A DNA stretch of 64,000 nucleotides from Scyliorhinus canicula (Eukaryota): contig NC_052171.1 in NCBI RefSeq assembly GCF_902713615.1, forward strand, positions 13,271,958 through 13,335,957, read 5' to 3'. The translations under genes were made by a program, and so were the position numbers. Under the pieces are notes generated by a model. The model was not told the DNA's origin, ran no database searches, and saw only the letters and a list, made by a program, of their open reading frames with translations. The stretch's first letter is position 1. Each line of letters starts with the position of its first letter. Of this stretch, positions 1-9,378 are shown piece by piece.

Positions 1-189
1 AACAATCACACGGTATTACAAGTAAGATGGAACAGTGTGTTTAATGTGAACAAACATTTACAGGTGCCCTAGACCCTACAACTAAACTGTGCCCTTCACC
101 CATGCCAACTTACTCAGTGTCTATCTTTGCTGCCTACCACTACGTCTAAGTGATTCCCCAGATGATACAGCAGGAGTGGAGGAGGACTG

Positions 190-1499
190 CTACGAATCGC
201 CCCCTTCGACAAGTTTCTCCTTCGGCAAGCGTTTCCTGGGGTGACCCGGCATTGATGGGCCAGGCTGCTCTGCGGGCGTCTCGGGTGACGTTGTGCCACC
301 CTGCTCTGCCTGCTGCTCACCCGATGCACCAGGGATGGGACGGGGGGAGGCCGAGAATTCCGGGACGTCCCGCGATGGAGTTAATGGGACGGGCGCCGAA
401 ACCTCCTCCTCCCTCGGGGAGCCCGGTGGCCCCCGGGCCTCACTTTGGGACAGAGGTGCGAGCGGGGAGGTGCCCCGTCGCGCCACCGACACCTGGCGCT
501 GCCAGTCCTGGAGGCCTCCAACGGTATCCACCAGGATACAAAGGTTTGCAGAGACGGAGTCCAGGGAGTTAGACATTCCCGCCAGGGACTGTGCGACCTC
601 AACCTGTGAGTGCACGACGCCATCCAGTACGTGTGTCAGGCGGTTGATGCTCTCTGCGACTGACTGCTGCGACTGGGCCATGACCTGCTGAGACTCGGCC
701 AAGGCCCGCAACGCGCCGGCAATGTCGTTTTGGCTCTGGCGGATTGCTGCCTGTGAGAGGGCAACCCTGTCTAGGGCCGAGGATGACGCCTGCACGTGAA
801 GCCCAACGTATTGCATATCCTGACCCATGGCCGAAACCGTTTTGCTCATTGCCTCCACCGCGGATGCACCCGTGCGGTGTCGGCCTGGGTTTCTGCCATG
901 CTCGGCACCACCCTGCTCGTGGATGCGGTTCGACTCCTCTAACAGCGTCTGCAGAGTCTGGAAGACAGCCCTCATCCCGTCATTGTGTCCCTGGGTTTCT
1001 TGATGCATCGGCTGTGCGGATGGGTTGAGAAAGTTCTGGAACTCTGAAAACGTCTGGGAGCCAGCTGCATGCTGGGCCTGGCCTGGCCTCCGCCAGTCCG
1101 GGCCCTCGGCTGTTCCGACCTCCACCTGCTGTACCTGCTCAGCTGTGATGTGCGACCCAGACTGTGACCCAGGAGCCTCATCACTATATACACCAGCCGG
1201 GGTAAGTGTCTCTGGGATGGTGGATGGTGTGGGAGAAAGCTGTGCCGCAATCTCGAGGTCGTCTTGGGTGGACGCCTCTTCAATGTCATCGGCCCGCTGA
1301 GAGGCTGCAGGGCATTCACAGGCCATTTCTTTATCTAGCGGTGTCGCCGCCCTCTGGGCGTCCTGCTGCACAGATTCTGTTGGGGAGGATGGGACTCCCC
1401 GCTGATCAGGCACCCTCTGTCGTGCGGCCCCGGGTGAGGTTGGGGCAAATGCCTGTGTCCACCTGGAGCCAGACGGCCCTGGTCGTTCGGCATCACATC
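190..1499 (-). CDS. Last exon of the Myb/SANT gene: low-complexity region plus A/Q/S-rich coiled-coil-like region
   Basis: Acceptor tctcttccctag|GATGT is in frame with the 407-aa ORF 190..1413, which contains heptad-like segments (SALDRVALSQAAIRQSQNDIAGALRALAESQQVMAQSQQSVAESINRL). Confidence 0.6.
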
Positions 1500-1555
1500 C
1501 TAGGGAAGAGAATGAAACGGGTTATTTAGAGACGCTCGGCCTGGCGCTGGACGGT

Positions 1556-1775
1556 CCCAGTGGGCAGAGTGTGAAGGGACAGAGGATGGGGGAGGTATCC
1601 CAGTGGGCAGGGTGTGTGATGGGACAGAGGATGGGGGAGGTGTCCAAGTGGGCAAGGTGTGTGAAGGGACAGAGGATGGGGGAGGTGTCTAAGTGGGCAG
1701 GGTGTGTGAAGGGACAGAGGATGGGGAGGTATCCCAGTGGGCAGGGTGTGTGAAGGGACAGAGGATGGGGAGGGG
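1556..1775. repeat. Minisatellite, 5 copies of a ~45-bp unit, in the Myb gene intron
   Basis: Unit CCCAGTGGGCAGGGTGTGTGAAGGGACAGAGGATGGGGGAGGTAT repeated five times with a few substitutions. Confidence 0.95.
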
Positions 1776-1803
1776 GGGTGTTTGTCATGCAGGGTTGTCT
1801 CAT

Positions 1804-1960
1804 TTGTTGCAGCTCCGCCAACCTCGCATTACGCGATCTCCTGAGTAGCAGATCCGCCAACAAGGTCCAGGGCCCTCTGCTCAAAGGTGGTGAGGGGCCG
1901 CAGGATGGGCGAACCCCCTCCCGTCTTGTTCCGCTCACGGGTGTTGTCAGCGGTCTTGTC
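1804..1960 (-). pseudogene. Exon 2 of the Myb/SANT gene, disrupted
   Basis: Acceptor cccccaacag|GACAAGACC, phase 0, reads DKTADNTRERNKTGGGSPILRPLTTFEQRALDLVGG (KTGGG motif). There is an in-frame TAA at 1829-1831, and the apparent donor reads AT instead of GT. Confidence 0.65.
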
Positions 1961-2231
1961 CTGTTGGGGGAGGGGGCATAGGTATATTATTACAATACGG
2001 CAGGTATCAGCAGTCCGTTCAGATACTGGTACAGTTTGGGGGTCAAGTTGTAATAAGACGATTGCATCTCTCCATGGGGGCCAGAGCGCTGGGTCTGTGA
2101 CAACTTTGTGAACCACCCTCAACTCACTCTGCAACAATCCCCCTCCACCCCTCGTGCCAGGGGGTGAGGTGGGTGATTAAGTAAAGGGGGGAGGGATGGT
2201 TATGACCCGGGGGCACCCTCTTGGCACTTAC

Positions 2232-2471
2232 CCTGGCAGCCCTGGTGAGGTCATCCATCTTCTTCCGACACTGGTCAGCTGAACGAGGGGTCTGCCCCAC
2301 AGCACTGACGGCAGCAGCAACTTCACGCCATGCCTGGCGCACCGCGCTGGCAGGGTGGCAATGCCCTCTATGCCCTCTAAAGATGATGCCCCTCCTCTGC
2401 TCGATGGAATCGAGCAGCATCTCTACATCAGCCTCCACAAATCGCGGGGCTGCTCTCCTCAGCTTCGACAT
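2232..2471 (-). CDS. Exon 1 of Harbinger-type Myb/SANT-like DNA-binding protein (Myb_DNA-bind_5 type)
   Basis: MSKLRRAAPRFVEADVEMLLDSIEQRRGIIF...AWREVAAAVSAVGQTPRSADQCRKKMDDL matches the NAIF1/MSANTD-like pattern (PRF..E...L, W.EVA..V, R...QC.KK..DL). The 240-nt exon ends at AGG|GTAAGT, phase 0. Confidence 0.8.
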
Positions 2472-3726
2472 CTTGACCTACAGTTTCTGTGCTCGCCCGC
2501 GCCTTTTTACGGCGTCGGGCGGCGTTACGTGGCATGTTCGTAGCGTTGCCGCGTTCCGGCGTCATCGCGCACGTGATTGACGCGGCGCCGTTCCTAGCCC
2601 ATTTCCCGGACGTGAATACCTCGGGAAATGGGTCGTGTCGGGCCATCGCAAAACTCGGCCGCTTTCACGGCCGACCGCGATTTTCCGCGGGTGCAGAGAA
2701 TCGCGCCAAAGGTGCCTGGGAGGGAGAATTTTGGCAACCATTGTAACCCATTGAGTTTGAAGCTGTAACTATCTGCCACACGAAGGCCGAAGACATAAAA
2801 CAGGCACAAAACAGCCACCAGCACCTGAACCAAATTCAGGAAGGGTATACTCTGTCTCCTTTAAAACTGGCGAGACACACTAGTCCTCAAACACGGCCGA
2901 TATGTAGTCCCGACGAGAGGATCGGTTCAGAGGTGGTGTCAGGGAAACATTTTCATCCAGAAAATGGCAGGAGTCTGGAACTCACTCCCTGAACGGATGG
3001 TAGAGACAGAGAACCTCACAACATTTAAGACGTATTTTGGTGTGCACATGCAATGTTACTCATGAAAGGGTATAGGCGACGTGCTGGAAAATGGGACTGG
3101 GAAAATTAGGTGGTTGTTTGTCACTGATGCAGATCGAATTGCCTGAAGGACTTGTTCTGTGCTGGAGATCTTATGACTCTACGTCTATGATCTCAACTCA
3201 AGGTCACAATTGGTAATCGTGTCTTTATGCAAATTAAAATCACACTTGATTATTGTTGTACTTAGCTCACAATGCATTTCCTGGTTTATACTGTGTTCAA
3301 CTGTGGAACGTTTGTAACGGGACCTCGAGATTTTTCCCGCCAGGGTTTTGTTTATTTTGTATTTCCGATTGATTCCGAGAATGTTTCCATGCCTTGATTC
3401 CCGTTGACAACATTATTTCTCACACGAGCACATAGCTAATCCTTCACTAATAAAGATGTTCAAACTCATTTGCATTTATGTTTATCCTTCCAAAACACTA
3501 ATTATGCTTGGCTATGAAGGAACGTCACAGAATTTGTACGCTAAGAATCAACCATTCGAATTTTTGATTTGGGTAAGGCTGACTTCAACCGATGAGATGG
3601 CAACTGTACTCGGTAAACTGGGACGATCGGGTAATGAGTCATACAACTGAAGATCAGTGGAGAATATGTCACAAAACAATTATCGAAAGACTAAATCCCT
3701 AGGAGGGAAAAGAACCTATACTTGCA

Positions 3727-4043
3727 TGGAACATACAGTGCCATTCGGCCATTTGGCCCATCGAGTTTGCACCGACCCAATTAAGCCCTCACGTCCACCC
3801 TATCCCCGTAACCCAATAACCCCTCCTAACATTTTTGGTCACTAAAAGCAATTGATCATGGCCAATCCACCTAACCTGCACGTCTTTGGATTGTGGGAGG
3901 AAAATGGAGCACCTGGAGGAAATCCACGCAGACACGGGGAGAGCGTGCAAACTCCACACAGGCAGTGACCCAGCAGTGATTCGAACCTGGGACTCTAGCG
4001 CTATAAAGCCATAGAGCTATCCGCTTGTGCTACCATGCTGCAG
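3727..4043 (-). mobile_element. HE1/V-SINE-like tRNA-derived SINE
   Basis: Reverse complement of the family consensus seen at 5940-6328 (GGGTCACTG..TGTGTGGAGTTTGCAC, GGTGGATTGGCCATG, CR1-like tail). Confidence 0.85.
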
Positions 4044-4540
4044 TTCACAGGTAACAATCTTGGAGATAATTTAGTGAAAGCATAAAACTAAAATAAGTGG
4101 CTTACAAAAATGCAAAACACAGCACATAAACCGGCGAATGGGATATATATATAGAAACCATAAATTGGTCAGACAGTAACTTATAAGAGCTACGAATACG
4201 TTTAAGAAAGAAAACTTGCAGGAGACGTCAATAACAATTATAGTTATAATAATATAGTTATATGAAAGGCAAGCAAGTGGTGAAGTCCTTTGTGGATAAA
4301 CTAAAAGCTAACATTTGGAGATATTGTTATTGACAATGCGGAAATGTAAGACATGTTAAAAAATTACCTTGCCTCAATAGGAGTATGACTTCCTGCAAGT
4401 ACCGAAAAAATACTATTCGAGAGAGAATAGGGACTTGATAGAATGACCATAGGCAGCGAATCGGTAACAGGGTAATTAATGGAAATCGATGTTGTGCCGA
4501 GCAATGATCACCCTACTCAAACCCACGTATCCACCCGATA

Positions 4541-5271
4541 TCCTGGATTGAACACCATCTGCCATTTCTCTGCCCAACTCTCCAATCTATCTATATTTTC
4601 TTGTATTCTCTGACAGTCCTCCTCGCTATCTGCAACTCCACCAATCTTAGTATCAGCTGCAAACTTGCTAATCAGACCACCTATACCTTCCTCCAGGTCA
4701 TTTATGTAGATCACAAACAGCAGTGGTCCGAGCACAGATCCCTGTGGAACACCACTAGTCACCCTTCTCCATTTTGAGAAACTCCCTTCCACAACTACTC
4801 TCTGTCTCCTGTTGCCCAGTCAGTTCTTTATCCATCTAGCTAGTACACTCTGAACCCCATACGACATCACTTTTTCCATCAACCTGCCATGGGAAACCTT
4901 ATCAAACGCCTTACTGAAGTCCATGTATATAACATCTACAGCCCCTCCCTCATTAATTAACTTTGTCACTTCCTCAAAGAATTCTATTAGGTTTGCAAGA
5001 CATGACCTTCCCTGCACAAAACCATGCTGCCTATCACTGATAAGTCTATTTTCTTCCAGATCTGAATAGATCCTATCCTTCAGTATCTACTCCAACAGTT
5101 TGTCCACCACTGACGTCAAGTTCACAGGTCTATAATTCCCTGGATTATCCCTGCTACCCTTCTTAAATAAAGCGACAACATTAGCAATTCTCCAGTCCTC
5201 CGGGACCTCACCCGTGCTCAAGGATGCTGCAAAGATGTCTGTTAAGGCCCCAGCTATTTCAACCCTCGCTT
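4541..5271 (-). mobile_element. CR1 LINE ORF2 (RT) fragment, 3' part of the host element interrupted by the hAT
   Basis: Minus-strand translation includes [64 protein letters not shown] and KFAADTKIGG. It ends at TSD CCTCGCTT (5264-5271). Confidence 0.9.
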
Positions 5272-5717
5272 TAGAGGCGTGCAGAGGGGGGGGGGGGGCG
5301 ACGGTGCGCTGGCCCCGGGCATCCATTGGATGGGGGCAGCAGCGTGAAGAGAACGGAGTGCGCCTGCGCACCACGGTCGGCCGGAGCGCGCCTGCGCACC
5401 GCGGTCGCCGCTGGTGAAGAGGCGGCTTTGCACTCGGTGGCTGGAGCGTGAACAAAAAGGGAGCGAATTCTCCCGAATCGACGGCAATCAATGCCACCAT
5501 GGGTGAGTTTTATTTATTCTTTATCTTTATCTTTTGATCCATTTTTAAACTCTTCTCTGCACCCTCTCTATAGTTGTCAACTTACTAAACTGTCGTGCCC
5601 AGAATTTGACATTTGGGCCAGGGGCACCCATTTGGGACAGAAGCAGTATTTTATAAAGATTCATCATGGCCTCTTAACTTTTGCCCTCTTACCCTTTATA
5701 CTTAAAGCCCAGGGTCT

Positions 5718-5915
5718 GGTTTAGCTCATAGGGGCTGGTTTAGCTCACCAGGCTAAATCGCTGGCTTTTAAAGCAGACCCAGCAGGCCAGCAGCACGGTT
5801 CGATTCCCGTACCAGCCTCCCCAGACAGGCGCCGGGATGTGGCGACTAAGGGCTTTTCACAGTAACTTCATTGAAGCCTACTCGTGGCAATAAGCGATTT
5901 TCATTTCATTTTCAT
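5718..5915 (+). mobile_element. tRNA-derived SINE (second family, TTTCA tail) inside the hAT intron
   Basis: GGGGCTGGTTTAGCTCA A-box-like head (partly duplicated), GGTTCGATTCCC B-box, GGCGCCGG.ATGTGGCGACTA.GGGCTTTTCACAGTAAC body, (TTTCA)n tail. Confidence 0.8.
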
Positions 5916-5939
5916 TATAAATGGGAGATTCTCAGAGAC

Positions 5940-6161
5940 AGGGGCAGCACGGTAGCATGGTGGTTAGCATAAATGCTTCACAGCTCCAGGGTCCCAGGTT
6001 CGGTTCCCGGCTGGGTCACTGTCTGTGTGGAGTCTGCACGTCCTCCCCGTGTGTGCGTGGGTTTCCTCCGGGTGCTCCGGTTTCCTCCCACAGTCCAAAG
6101 ATGTGCGGGTTAGGTGGATTGGCCAGGCTAAATTGCCCGTAGTGTCCTAAAAAAGTAAGGT

Positions 6162-6197
<36 letters not shown>

Positions 6198-6328
6198 GGG
6201 GAGGGGGCGGGGTTGGGTTACGGGTATAGGGTAGATACGTGGGTTTGAGAAGGGTGATCATTGCTCGGCACAACATCGAGGGCTGAAGGGCCTGTTCTGT
6301 GCTGTACTGTTCTATGTTCTATGTTCTA
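5940..6328 (+). mobile_element. HE1/V-SINE-like SINE with an internal (GGC)n expansion
   Basis: GGGCAGCACGGTAGCATGGTGGTTAGC head, B-box, GGTTTCCTCCGGGTGCTCCGGTTTCCTCCCACAGTCCAAAGATGTGC central domain, (TTCTATG)n tail shared with CR1; (GGC)n at 6163-6197. Confidence 0.9.
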
Positions 6329-7406
6329 CTTGACTGTAAGCTGCTGGAGCTCGGATCTTGAACAGAGCTTTTGTATCTGGATTTGGGGACCCTTTATGCA
6401 CTGGCATAGTGCAAAAACAGGCCCCACATGACCAGGGCTTTGTGAAGAAGAAGGGATCTGGAAATGTGTCGACTGTGAAAATTATATTTGTGGAAATTGG
6501 GTGAAGTAATGCCGGTGTTTGATGAGACTTGGTGCTAAAGCTTTAGAGAAATGAAGATGGGATTTGATTTGAAGAAGTTCAACGTTTTGAAGGATATTGT
6601 GGCTGAAATGAATGTGATACGTGCTGAATGGGCTGACTGAAAAATGTGTGAGATATGTCTTTGTATCTGCTATGTGTAATTTATCGGTCATATTATTGCA
6701 ATTTTCCTGTTAATTCATGTTTAATTTACGTTGACTTTGGTGTGATTGCTAATATAAAAGTGAAGTCTTGTATATTGGTCTTAGTTGGGTTGTTTGTAGT
6801 TTGTTTCCACAATGGTCATAACAGTATTTCCATGACGTTGCTGCTCTTATCCTTCTCCATGGGGGTTGCAGAGGAGGGAGGCACAACTTTCGAGACATAA
6901 CATCTCACCCACTGCTGCAAAGCAAAATGACTGAAGAAGAGAACAATATCCCTAGAATCCCAGCGCTAAGGGGAAATTGACTAACTCTTACAGCGCAATT
7001 TAACCTCAGGCAGCCGTCCTTTTCCTTAGAGATGACAAAGATAAAGAGGTCAGTGAATAGCTCTAGAACGGGTGCAACTACGTTTTTTATAGGTTTTTTG
7101 GTGATATTTAATGAAATACTTATGTGGGATGTAGTAAGAGTGAAGCCTGGATGATCAGAGGACTGCTATGGCATTTAATCTCGGAATAGGAGAAATTTAT
7201 TCCTTAACATGCTAATATTCGAATACAGATACCACTAATTTGCAAGTCTATGATATAAATTGCACAAAATTATCAGTGGAGAATCAGTGTGAAATAATTT
7301 GACACGAAGGAACAAAGAAATGAAATATGGTTTATCAGTCTGCAACTGACCGATTGTTTAACATTTTCTTCCCATTTTCTCATGCGTCTTACGGTTTTTG
7401 AGATAG

Positions 7407-8868
7407 AAAATGAAATGTTACGAGTATTTCGTGTACAACCGAGTGGAGTACAGAACAGGAAAAAAAAGAGGCCCAGAGTCGAAGAAGAGTCCCATCAAAG
7501 AGGGGCATTAGATGCATGGATAAAAAAAAGTAAAGAAGAAGTAGGAGAACCTGGAGAAGTAAAAGATGATATGGGTGCAGATAAGGATTTTTCTGATACG
7601 GATTCAGCTCGGTCAGAACATAATACTCTCTCTCCTCAGTCTCGTTGTCAGGATGATGATCCATGTGAAGAAAATAAAGAAGATTTTAGCATATGTTTGC
7701 AAAGAAGTGATTTTGGCTGTTTGAAGAAACCGATTCCAGATCATTTGAAGATGACAATATTACAACATGGCCCTGAAAGATATCAGAATAAAAGTGGTCC
7801 ATTTGCTGAGAAGGATGGGAGATCATTTTCCAAACAGTGGTTTGATAAAGTTTCCACAAACGGAGAAATTGTGGAGAGAAAATGGTTGTTATACTCTCCA
7901 TATCGGAAAGCATGCTACTGTTTTGTTTGCTTTTTGTTTTCAAAGGAGCATTTTTCGTCTGTGTCACACTTTGGAAAGGAAGACGGTTTCTCCACTTGGA
8001 GAAAATTAAATTCAAGAATACCTGACCATGAGAAAATCCCTTCTCATAGAGCTCACATGAGGGAATACCTGAACCTCGTAGTTCGACTCCATCATTCAAC
8101 TACGATAGATGCTGAACTTCAACAGCAATGACTGCTGAAAAGAAAAGATGGAAAGCTATAATTGAACGGATTGTCGAGGTTATTTCTGGCAAAACAGAAT
8201 CTGGCCTATCGTGGACATCGAGGAGAAGGAATATCTGGGTTATCAGAGCCAGGGGAGACAGTCAGTGAAAATACAGGAAACTTTCTAGCAACAATCAGAC
8301 TTTTGGCCAAATATGATGACATCTTAGAAAAACACTTGCAGAGAGGGAAAGAGAAACCAAAAAGTGTCACCTACTTGTCCAACAGAAATCAAAACGAAAT
8401 AATCAATCTTCTTGGTGAAACTGTCAAGAAAAACATAATTTCCGAAATTAAGGACGCAAAATATTTTAGCATAATGCTGGATTCAACTCCAGACATTGCC
8501 CATGAAGATCAGGTTTCTGAAATTCTGCGTTACGTTCATATTGATGAAAACAGAAAAGTAGAAATAAAGGAGACATTTCTGGGATTTTTTCAAGTCAACA
8601 AGAAAGATGCAGTCAGCCTGGTAAATAAAATTCAGGAAAAATTGGAAGAAGAAAAAATGTCCATGAATGACTGTCGTGGTCAAGCATATGATAACGCAGC
8701 AGTTATGGCTGGAGTGAGAGGAGGTGTTCAACAAAAAATTCTTGAAGTTAACCCAAATGCTGTGTTTGTGAACTGCGAGAACCACAGCCTCAATTTGGCC
8801 TGTGTCCATGCAAGTGAGGTGCAACCTGTTGTTGTTACATTTTTTGGCATTCTAGAAAAACTCTTTCT
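7407..8868 (+). pseudogene. hAT transposase N-terminal part (TTF-type zinc finger plus DUF4371), frameshifted near 8130
   Basis: RSFSKQWF, WLLYS..RKACYCFVCFLF, GFSTWRK, HEKIPSHRAH (ZnF_TTF-like); LAYRGHR, GNFLA.IRLLAKYD, YFSIMLDSTPDIAHEDQVSEILRYV, GQAYDNAAVMAG and CENHSLNL (hAT DDE core). Confidence 0.88.
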
Positions 8869-9378
8869 AGGACATAGAACATAGAACACTACAGCGCAGT
8901 ATGGGCCCTTCGGCCCTCGATGTTGCGCCGACCTGTGAAACCGTCTGAAGCCTATCTGACCTACACTATTCCATTTTCATCCATATGTCTATCCAGTGAC
9001 CACTTAAAAGCCCTTAAAGTTGGCGAGTCTACTACTGTTGCAGGCAGGGCGTTCCACACCCCTACTACTCTCTGGGTAAAGAAACTGCCTCTGATATCTG
9101 TCCTACATCTATCACCCTTCAATTTAAAGCTGTGTTCCCTCGTGTTGGTCATCACCACCCGAGGAAAAAGACTCTCACTGTCCACCCTATCTAACCCTCT
9201 GACTATCTTATATGTCTCTATTAAGTCACCTCTCAGCCTTCTCCTCTCTAACGAAAACAACCTCAATTCCCTGAGCCTTTCCTCGTAAGACCTTCCCTCC
9301 ATACCAGGCAACATCCTAGTAAATCTCCTCTGAACCCTTTTCAAAGCTTCCACATCCTTCCTATCATGTGGTGACCAG
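8869..9378 (-). mobile_element. CR1 LINE 3' fragment inserted in the hAT transposase
   Basis: (ACATAGA)n tail at about 8872-8887; RT C-terminus RVQRRFTRMLPGMEGRSYEERLRELRLFSLERRRLRGDLIETYK. Confidence 0.9.

Larger units (their letters stand above)
1..2708 (-). mobile_element. Partial PIF/Harbinger-type DNA transposon (end carrying the Myb/SANT accessory gene); runs off the left edge
   Basis: Terminus at about 2695-2708 (gagaatcgcgcca; revcomp TGGCGCGATTCTC) resembles the GGGCG..ATTCTC termini of the non-autonomous element at 29713-30366. It carries a spliced Myb/SANT-like gene typical of Harbinger elements. The DDE transposase is not in the window. Confidence 0.7.

Noticed and set aside
1556-1775. 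CRISPR-like array
   Set aside because: Contiguous tandem units with no unique spacers, in eukaryotic DNA with no cas genes.
5718-6010. tRNA genes
   Set aside because: The A/B-box sequences are SINE heads followed by SINE bodies and tails, with no complete cloverleaf.
7382-8884. Host ZMYM1 or domesticated transposase gene
   Set aside because: It lies within TIRs and an 8-bp TSD, is frameshifted, and is split by 5.6 kb of LINEs.
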